Shown here in pieces: positions 19,038 to 24,578 of a stretch of 32,000 nt of DNA. The notes under the pieces were generated by a model. That model was given only the letters and a program-made list of their open reading frames with translations, did not search any database and was not told the DNA's origin. Location: NCBI RefSeq assembly GCF_022701215.1, contig NZ_CP089976.1, positions 900,001-932,000 of the forward strand. The letters are read 5' to 3'. Position 1 is the stretch's first letter; each line of letters starts with the position of its first letter. The DNA is from Moraxella nasovis (lineage in GTDB: Bacteria > Pseudomonadota > Gammaproteobacteria > Pseudomonadales > Moraxellaceae). The position numbers and the translations under genes were made by a program.

Positions 19038-19114
19038 GTGTCGGTATATTCATGATGCATATACATAAGATTGGTTTGGCAGGTTATGTGAGATATTTCT
19101 TTTAATACCAATCA

Positions 19115-19771
19115 TTACACCCCTTGTAAAATAAAATTTCCAAGCAATCTTTTTGCCCCTTCGGTCGCAAACGATTCTGGGTGGTATTGTACGCCTTGAA
19201 TGGGATAGGTTTTGTGGCGAATGCCCATAATTTCATCACCAAGCTTGCTTGCTGTTATCATGTCTTTATCGTCATTGTCAAAGTTTTGGACGATGCTTGT
19301 AATTTCTAGGCAATCAGGCAGACTGCCAGCATCTACCATCAGCGAATGATAACGCATAATCTCAATGCCCTGTGGCAAGCCTTGATATACGCCTTTTGCG
19401 TCATGGCGAATGGGTGATGTTTTACCGTGCATAGGAGTATTTGCTCGCACCACTTTAGCACCAAAAAAGTGGGCAATTCCCTGCATGCCAAGGCACACAC
19501 CCAATAAAGGCGTGGTTTTGCCAAGCGTGGTAATCACTTGACCACACACGCCAAAATAATTGGGGTCGTCAGGCGAGCCTGCTCCCGGTGAGATGATGAT
19601 GCGATCAGGATTTAATGCTTTAATTTCATCAAGAGTAATCTTGTCATTACGTTTGACGGTTACGCTAAAATTTTGCCCTGTTTGTCCTTGGCGATCTATC
19701 AAAATTTCGCCAATGTATTGGTATAAATTAAAGGTAAAACTGTCGTAATTGTCAATGATTAAAACATTCAT
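19115..19771 (-). CDS. trpG: Glutamine amidotransferase subunit of anthranilate/aminodeoxychorismate synthase (TrpG/PabA type)
   Basis: Class-I GATase triad context is present (LLGVCLGMQ; GVQYHPES). It overlaps the upstream component I gene by 4 nt. At 218 aa it is longer than typical TrpG. Confidence 0.85.
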   Translation of the reverse strand: MNVLIIDNYDSFTFNLYQYIGEILIDRQGQTGQNFSVTVKRNDKITLDEIKALNPDRIIISPGAGSPDDPNYFGVCGQVITTLGKTTPLLGVCLGMQGIAHFFGAKVVRANTPMHGKTSPIRHDAKGVYQGLPQGIEIMRYHSLMVDAGSLPDCLEITSIVQNFDNDDKDMITASKLGDEIMGIRHKTYPIQGVQYHPESFATEGAKRLLGNFILQGV

Positions 19772-21162
19772 TTTACTTCCCCCATAAAATAACCCAAAGT
19801 CGCCTTCATCGCAGACAATTTTCGCACAATTTCTTCATATTCATCATCAGCATTACTGTCATACACATTACCACCACACGTCTGAGCATACGCCTTATCG
19901 CCACTGATAAACAGCGAGCGAATAGGAATGGCAAAAATACAATCGCCATTAAACGAAAATTGCCCCAACGCCCCGCCATACGCCCCACGTCCATCAGGCT
20001 CTAGCTCATTGATGATTTTAATCGCTTCAATCTTAGGAGCTCCTGATAACGTGCCTGCAGGAAAATTGCTCGCAAGGGCAGAAAACATATCTTCAGACGG
20101 ATGAATAATACCGACTATCTCGCTTGAGATGTGCTGAACATGCGAAAATCGTTTAATATCCATAAGATTTCGCACTTTGACCGTGCCAAACTGAGCCACT
20201 CGCCCAATATCGTTTCTGTGCAAATCCACAAGCATATTATGCTCAGCAATCTCTTTAGGGTCATTAAGCAAGGCTCTGGCAAGCTGCCTATCTTCGCTTT
20301 CATTAGCCCCACGCTTAGTTGTGCCAGCAAGTGGAAAGGTTTCCATTTCGCCATTTCGCAGACGAAACAGCAGCTCAGGCGATGCCCCAATGATTTTTTG
20401 CTTGCCAAATTTGACAAAATACATATGCGGAGATGGATTGACTTCACGCAGTTTTTGGTAAATCGGTAACGTATCACCATCAATGGCATAGTGCGATTTA
20501 AAGCCCACTTCACATTGAAAAATTCGCCCTGCTTTGATGTCTTCTTTGACCTTTTGTACGGCTTTAGCGTGTTCGTCTTTACTCATGCCATCGCCCAAAT
20601 ACCGCACTTTTGGCGATTTTTGCTCAGGTGTTGGCATATCAAGCAAAACTTTAATCTCATCAATACGATTGTTATGATAATAAAAATAAAAAATCTCGCC
20701 TGTCATTTTATCAAGGCTTAAACCGTCCAAATATAAGCCAAATTTAAACGGTTCAAACTCGTCAGAACCTTGTACATCAAGGCTTGGCTCAAAAAAATTA
20801 ATACTGTCATACCCCAAATAGCCAACCAAGCCACCCGTGTGGTTGCGAGATAGCACATTTTGGGGTGTGATTTGTCGTAACAGCTGATAGGGATTGTCGC
20901 AGACATAATCACTTATCGTGCCGTTATCATCTATGCTTAGGGTGTGACGATCTTTGGCAAAAATGATTTTATCAGGAGCAAAACCAATGGCATGATGACG
21001 TGAAATGTGGCTGTCTTCGCCCAAGGATTCTAGCAAAAAACAAGAATCGTATTTATCTTCAATACGTTTAAATAACTCAAAAAAATCAATGTCTTGAGCG
21101 ATTTTTATCAGGTGTGGCTTACTTGGGATTTGGATTTTTGGTGGTGTGTTTTGAGTATTCAT
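19768..21162 (-). CDS. trpE: Anthranilate synthase component I-like chorismate-utilising enzyme (TrpE type; PabB not excluded)
   Basis: 464 aa. It has the chorismate-binding domain (GASPELLFR, PLAGTTKRG, AEHNMLVDLHRND, GTLSGAPK, GAYGGALG). An N-terminal CFLLESL resembles the Trp-feedback LLES motif. PLAGT rather than PIKGT argues against E. coli-type PabB. It is adjacent to a trpR-like gene. Confidence 0.7.
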   Translation of the reverse strand: MNTQNTPPKIQIPSKPHLIKIAQDIDFFELFKRIEDKYDSCFLLESLGEDSHISRHHAIGFAPDKIIFAKDRHTLSIDDNGTISDYVCDNPYQLLRQITPQNVLSRNHTGGLVGYLGYDSINFFEPSLDVQGSDEFEPFKFGLYLDGLSLDKMTGEIFYFYYHNNRIDEIKVLLDMPTPEQKSPKVRYLGDGMSKDEHAKAVQKVKEDIKAGRIFQCEVGFKSHYAIDGDTLPIYQKLREVNPSPHMYFVKFGKQKIIGASPELLFRLRNGEMETFPLAGTTKRGANESEDRQLARALLNDPKEIAEHNMLVDLHRNDIGRVAQFGTVKVRNLMDIKRFSHVQHISSEIVGIIHPSEDMFSALASNFPAGTLSGAPKIEAIKIINELEPDGRGAYGGALGQFSFNGDCIFAIPIRSLFISGDKAYAQTCGGNVYDSNADDEYEEIVRKLSAMKATLGYFMGEVK

Positions 21163-21173
21163 AGATGTTTCAA

Positions 21174-21221
21174 TGTTCTAGTATGATGATACATTCTAAT
21201 CGCATTTTATATAATTTGCAA
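21174..21221 (-). promoter_or_regulatory. Predicted trpE/G promoter (TTGCAA-17-TAGAAT) with a conserved 20-nt CTAG-containing operator-like element
   Basis: On the minus strand: -35 TTGCAA (21216-21221), 17-nt spacer, -10 TAGAAT (21193-21198). Next comes TGTATCATCATACTAGAACA (21193-21174, its first T shared with the -10). It ends 11 nt before the ATG at 21162. The same module occurs upstream of trpR. Confidence 0.55.
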
Positions 21222-21427
21222 CTATTTTATATTTAAAACACCAATAAATTCTTGATTTTAATGATAATATTTTTTAATCATTTGATTGAAGATAATTAAG
21301 TGATTGAAAATTGCATATAATTGACAGTGATTAGTGTCTTATTCATACTAAAGATCTTCAGTGCTTGGATTAAAGTTACTTCGTTTTGGTATTATAATCG
21401 TAACTTTAGCCCCATTGTCTTTCATCA

Positions 21428-21448
21428 AGTACAGCTTAAGTTAGTACA
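21428..21448. promoter_or_regulatory. Palindrome resembling the E. coli TrpR operator
   Basis: The minus strand reads TGTACTAACTTAAGCTGTACT. The E. coli trp operator is TGTACTAGTTAACTAGTACG. Outer GTAC(T) arms and a symmetric centre (CTTAAG) are shared, with one extra central nt here. Confidence 0.4.
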
Positions 21449-21664
21449 TAAAGATGCCTTGCTCACTCTCGCTATTTAAAAATTGGCATTATCTACGCAA
21501 TCGGATAAAACCAGCATGCTATGATTAACCACCAAACTTAAATGATAGCATTGGTGTTTATACAACTTATAAAATACAAAATAAGTCTAAGCGTCTAAAA
21601 CTTACCCATGAAAGTTTGTTACATAAGGCAAGCATTGGTCATGAACTACAAGAGCAAGGTCATA

Positions 21665-21952
21665 TTAAAACCGTTCTTTTAAATTTGGTAATAAACTTGC
21701 TACATCGTTCACTTGATACGCTTTTGCCCCCCTTGACACAGTAGCTATCCCCACGCCAAGCCGTTCGGCAATCTCACGCTGTGGCAAGCCTTGTTGAAGC
21801 AGAGCAAAAATTAAGATGCGGTTGGCAAGCTCGGCTTGCTCTTTTTGGGTTAATATCGCTGATAGCAAACTCTCGATGTACTGCGGATCTTGGTTCTCAC
21901 ACAGTAGTTGCACAAGATAGACATGGGCAGATTGGTGGGCGGATTTTGGCAT
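21665..21952 (-). CDS. trpR: TrpR-family (trp operon repressor-like) transcriptional regulator
   Basis: The HTH region QREIAERLGVGIATVSRGAKA parallels E. coli TrpR [21 protein letters not shown]. It is preceded by LT..E...L..R. I place the start at the ATG at 21952 (MPKSAH...). The track TTG start (21985) overlaps the predicted -10 TATAAT. Confidence 0.75.
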   Translation of the reverse strand: MPKSAHQSAHVYLVQLLCENQDPQYIESLLSAILTQKEQAELANRILIFALLQQGLPQREIAERLGVGIATVSRGAKAYQVNDVASLLPNLKERF

Positions 21953-21964
21953 TGCTTGTTTTTG

Positions 21965-22013
21965 TGTTCTAGTATAATGATACAATTATAATCCAATCAC
22001 TTTTTTAAAGCAA
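21965..22013 (-). promoter_or_regulatory. Predicted trpR promoter (TTGCTT-17-TATAAT) with the same 20-nt operator-like element
   Basis: On the minus strand: -35 TTGCTT (22008-22013), 17-nt spacer, -10 TATAAT (21985-21990), then TGTATCATTATACTAGAACA (21984-21965). The element ends 12 nt before the ATG at 21952. It matches the trpE-proximal copy at 19 of 20 positions. Confidence 0.55.
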
Positions 22014-22121
22014 GTTTAAAGGTGGAGTTAGCATAAAATGATTTATTTATTATAAATCCACTAAAAACATAACTAAAATTTGTTATAATAATCTAAATAT
22101 TTATAAAATATATATCTTAAA

Positions 22122-22622
22122 ATGCGTCTTACCAATTACAGTGACTACGCTCTGCGTTCGCTCATTTATTTGGCAATCAAGCCTAAAAACCATGAACTTG
22201 CCAACATTAATGACATCGCTGACAGCTACCACATCTCAAAAAGCCACTTAACCAAAATCATCCATCAACTGGGCAAGCTGGGTTATATTGAAAGCGTGCG
22301 TGGTAAAGGCGGTGGCATTCGCCTTGCCAAACACCCAAAACAGATTAACATTGGCACACTCATTCGCCATACTGAAAGCGATTTTTATATCCTAGACTGC
22401 CTAGATGACAGCTCTGATACCCCATCAAAAAAAACGCCTCCAGACGTCATACCCAGTCTTGAAATCAGCACAGCAGAAGTAACAAGCAGCTGTGTTATCT
22501 CACCTGTATGCCAGCTAAAAGGCGTGTTTAGTAAGGCGATGCTTGCTTTTATTACGGTGCTAGATGACTACACACTTGCTGACGTCATCACCAATGCCGA
22601 TGAACTGCTTGAGCATTTATAA
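22122..22622 (+). CDS. Rrf2-family transcriptional regulator (NsrR/IscR-like, three-Cys cluster ligand set) with an insertion of roughly 25 aa in the Cys loop
   Basis: The N-terminal wHTH MRLTNYSDYALRSLIYLA...ISKSHLTKIIHQLGKLGYIESVRGKGGGIRLAK parallels NsrR. Cys ligands lie at LDC...SSCVISPVCQLK, against NsrR VNCSSEFCHITPACRLK. Confidence 0.85.
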   Translation: MRLTNYSDYALRSLIYLAIKPKNHELANINDIADSYHISKSHLTKIIHQLGKLGYIESVRGKGGGIRLAKHPKQINIGTLIRHTESDFYILDCLDDSSDTPSKKTPPDVIPSLEISTAEVTSSCVISPVCQLKGVFSKAMLAFITVLDDYTLADVITNADELLEHL

Positions 22623-22624
22623 TT

Positions 22625-22692
22625 TGTAAGCCAAATCTTACAAACATTGACGATTTTTGCGTCTTTTCTTATTCAGCATAATTTAGGATAAT
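22625..22692 (+). promoter_or_regulatory. GacA/UvrY-type upstream activating box plus -10 for sRNA copy 1
   Basis: TGTAAG-CCAAAT-CTTACA (22625-22642) matches the published GacA box consensus TGTAAGN6CTTACA perfectly. -10 is GATAAT (22687-22692). The box centre lies about 65 nt upstream of the predicted start. Confidence 0.75.
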
Positions 22693-22698
22693 ACACAC

Positions 22699-22848
22699 AC
22701 AGCAAAGGAAATGGATGGTTTTAAGGATTGATAAAATTTGCTGTTGTTTCTCAAGGATTGAGAAAGCTTTGATGGATTAAGCTAGGATACCGCAAGGTAA
22801 TAAACGTTAAGATAAAGCCACAGATTTCGGTCTGTGGCTTTGTTTTTT
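22699..22848 (+). ncRNA. Csr/Rsm-family (RsmX/Y/Z- or CsrB-like) CsrA-sequestering sRNA, copy 1; 5' end predicted to within about 5 nt
   Basis: Six GGA motifs in about 90 nt, including TTTCTC-AAGGATT-GAGAAA (22747-22765) and GCTT-TGATGGATT-AAGC (22766-22782). Three more lie inside the CAGCAAA(22700-06)/TTTGCTG(22737-43) hairpin. The terminator is AAAGCCACAGA-TTTCGG-TCTGTGGCTTT followed by GTTTTTT (22814-22848). No ORF. Confidence 0.75.
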
Positions 22849-22873
22849 ATGAATTTGTTTTGTTGTTCAGCTT

Positions 22874-22941
22874 TGTAAGCCAAATCTTACAAACATTGAC
22901 GATTTTTGCGTCTTTTCTTATTCAGCATAATTTAGGATAAT
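22874..22941 (+). promoter_or_regulatory. GacA/UvrY-type box plus -10 for sRNA copy 2
   Basis: Identical to copy 1: TGTAAGCCAAATCTTACA at 22874-22891 and GATAAT at 22936-22941. Confidence 0.75.
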
Positions 22942-22947
22942 ACACAC

Positions 22948-23097
22948 ACAGCAAAGGAAATGGATGGTTTTAAGGATTGATAAAATTTGCTGTTGTTTCT
23001 CAAGGATTGAGAAAGCTTTGATGGATTAAGCTAGGATACCGCAAGGTAATAAACGTTAAGATAAAGCCACAGATTTCGGTCTGTGGCTTTGTTCTTT
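22948..23097 (+). ncRNA. Csr/Rsm-family sRNA, copy 2 (body identical to copy 1; terminator T-tract interrupted, TTCTTT)
   Basis: Same GGA hairpins as copy 1, shifted by 249 nt. Terminator stem at 23063-23090. Confidence 0.75.
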
Positions 23098-23122
23098 ATG
23101 AATTTGTTTTATTGTTCAGCTT

Positions 23123-23190
23123 TGTAAGCCAAATCTTACAAACATTGACGATTTTTACACCTTTTCATACGATGGTGATTTTGGCATAAT
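23123..23190 (+). promoter_or_regulatory. GacA/UvrY-type box plus -10 for the divergent third sRNA
   Basis: TGTAAGCCAAATCTTACA at 23123-23140. -10 is CATAAT at 23185-23190, at exactly the same offset as in copies 1 and 2. Confidence 0.7.
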
Positions 23191-23196
23191 GCACTC

Positions 23197-23325
23197 ATAC
23201 AGCAAGGATTAGGCAGATGGACTGCCACACGGAATATAGCTGTAATCATGGAAGAGCTTAGAAACGCATGACGCTCTATCACAAACCGTAAACTTGCTCC
23301 TTTGGTTTACGGTTTGTTATTTTTT
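23197..23325 (+). ncRNA. Third, sequence-divergent Csr/Rsm-family sRNA
   Basis: Four GGA motifs, including GGCAG-ATGGA-CTGCC (23212-23226) and AGCT-GTAATCATGGAAG-AGCT (23238-23258). The terminator is AAACCGTAAAC...GTTTACGGTTT (23283-23315) followed by a T-run that overlaps the yigZ stop codon. Confidence 0.65.
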
Positions 23326-23922
23326 GATTGATGGCGTTATTATTTCACCAAAGACACCTAAGCTTTCTTGAAACTGAGCGATTTTTTCATCATCAAGCCG
23401 TGCTGTCAGCATGACTGCTTTGCAATAATCCACCTCTAAAATCTCGCCTTGGACTTGCTCGGTTAAGTACCGCACTTGAGCCTCATCCTTAAAATCACAC
23501 ATAATCTTAACGGTGGATTGTGGTACAAAGACAGCCAAAGACATCTTATCAACAGCCATCTGTGTTGCTGTAGCATAGGCTCGAGTCAGACCGCCCGCAC
23601 CAAGCTTAATACCCCCAAAATACCGCACCACGATGACGCATACATTACCGATGGCTTTATGTTGTAGCACGTTTAAAATAGGTCTACCTGCTGTGCCATT
23701 TGGCTCTCCATCATCATCAAAGCCTGCTGATGTGGTATTATTTGGATCACCAATGATATAGCCGTAGCAGACATGGCGAGCATCTGGATAGGTCTGTCGG
23801 TAGTGTTCCACGTGAAACGTTAATTGGTCACGATTGGTGATGGGGTGAGCAAAAGCAAGAAATTCGCTTTTTTTAATCTCAAAAACAGCCGAGCAAGGTG
23901 CAGATAGGGTTGAATAAGTCAT
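23317..23922 (-). CDS. yigZ: YigZ / IMPACT-family protein (UPF0029)
   Basis: Family signature blocks are present: EIKKS.F.A...P......F........YPDA.H.CY.Y..G........DDGEP.GTAG.PIL.VL......N..V.V.RYFGG.KLG.GGL.RAY. The start is placed at MTYSTLSAP (23922). Confidence 0.85.
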   Translation of the reverse strand: MTYSTLSAPCSAVFEIKKSEFLAFAHPITNRDQLTFHVEHYRQTYPDARHVCYGYIIGDPNNTTSAGFDDDGEPNGTAGRPILNVLQHKAIGNVCVIVVRYFGGIKLGAGGLTRAYATATQMAVDKMSLAVFVPQSTVKIMCDFKDEAQVRYLTEQVQGEILEVDYCKAVMLTARLDDEKIAQFQESLGVFGEIITPSIKK

Positions 23923-24063
23923 ATCAATTAGAATAAATAAAAACATCCCATCATAACACAAACAGCATAATAGTCATCAGATGTCCTTTTGTGAAAATCA
24001 TGTTTATGTTGTCATCATTATGCTATCATAAATTGATAAAAAGTAAATGAAATTTAGGCTTTT

Positions 24064-24516
24064 ATGAATTTATCTAATCAGCATTACCCCACCGCCAAAA
24101 TCATCATATTATATCCGCTATTAGGTGGCGTGGTTGGTGGCGTGCTAAGTTTGCCTTATTTTCTTTTTAATCTTACAGTTAATACACAAGATGGCTATTT
24201 TCTTGTGATTTTTGAAATGATATTTTTGGTACTGATTTTTTCCTTTGTGGTAGGCTTGTTGCCTGCGTTATTGGCAGGAATAATGATGGTAATTTTTAAA
24301 ATCCATGTAGGTAATTTTAAAAGTTATTTTAAGGCTTTTGTTATCGGCTTTGTGGCGGTGGTGCTGGCTTATTTGGGATTGATGCTTTTGACGGTTTTGA
24401 GTGGGGCTGATTGGTCGGACTGGTCAGCCAAAAAAGAAGTTACAACGCTTTGGTTTGCACTACTTGGCGGATTATCATCTGTGGTATTGGCAAGGTTATT
24501 TGTACCAAAGCGTTAG
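24064..24516 (+). CDS. Hypothetical 4-TM membrane protein (paralogue A)
   Basis: 150 aa and hydrophobic. It is a clear paralogue of the next gene: YPTAKIIILYPLLGGVVGG vs YPTIKVILGYALLGGLLG, and LLGGLSSVVLARLFVPK vs LIGGIASVALAKFLLPK. Confidence 0.6.
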   Translation: MNLSNQHYPTAKIIILYPLLGGVVGGVLSLPYFLFNLTVNTQDGYFLVIFEMIFLVLIFSFVVGLLPALLAGIMMVIFKIHVGNFKSYFKAFVIGFVAVVLAYLGLMLLTVLSGADWSDWSAKKEVTTLWFALLGGLSSVVLARLFVPKR

Positions 24517-24578
24517 GGCTTGCTAATTTGGTTCATGGTGTTTTAAGTTATAAATTAGGAGCTTCAACAAGGATTTTT

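Larger units (their letters stand above)
22623..23120 (+). repeat. Two head-to-tail copies of a 249-bp unit (22623-22871 and 22872-23120), 247/249 identical; a third partial copy (first 36 nt) starts at 23121
   Basis: Direct comparison of the sequence. The only differences are 22845 T vs 23094 C and 22862 G vs 23111 A. Confidence 0.97.

Noticed and set aside
21500-21545. Tandem Trp codons (TGG TGG, then another TGG) on the minus strand in the spacer upstream of the trpE-like gene, suggesting a trp leader peptide or attenuator.
   Set aside because: In that frame the codon two positions before the TGG TGG pair is TAA. There is no ATG, GTG or TTG between it and the Trp codons. No terminator/antiterminator pair follows; only an 8-nt AGCATGCT palindrome is present.
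22623-23325. Whether the repeated units could be a CRISPR array, a MITE/IS remnant or a duplicated coding fragment.
   Set aside because: The period is 249 bp with no short repeat-spacer structure. There are no terminal inverted repeats or target-site duplications, and no ORF. Each unit instead has promoter, GGA-hairpin and terminator architecture.
23962-24063. 8-bp inverted repeat AGCATAAT...ATTATGCT about 45 nt apart, upstream of yigZ and membrane paralogue A.
   Set aside because: The arms are short and AT-rich in an AT-rich divergent promoter region, which is well within chance expectation.
24411-24578. N-terminal 56-aa extension of the second membrane-protein ORF, overlapping the first by 106 nt.
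   Set aside because: The extension has no similarity to the paralogue. The paralogous alignment starts at MKKYPTIKV (24579), which has a good AAGGA RBS.
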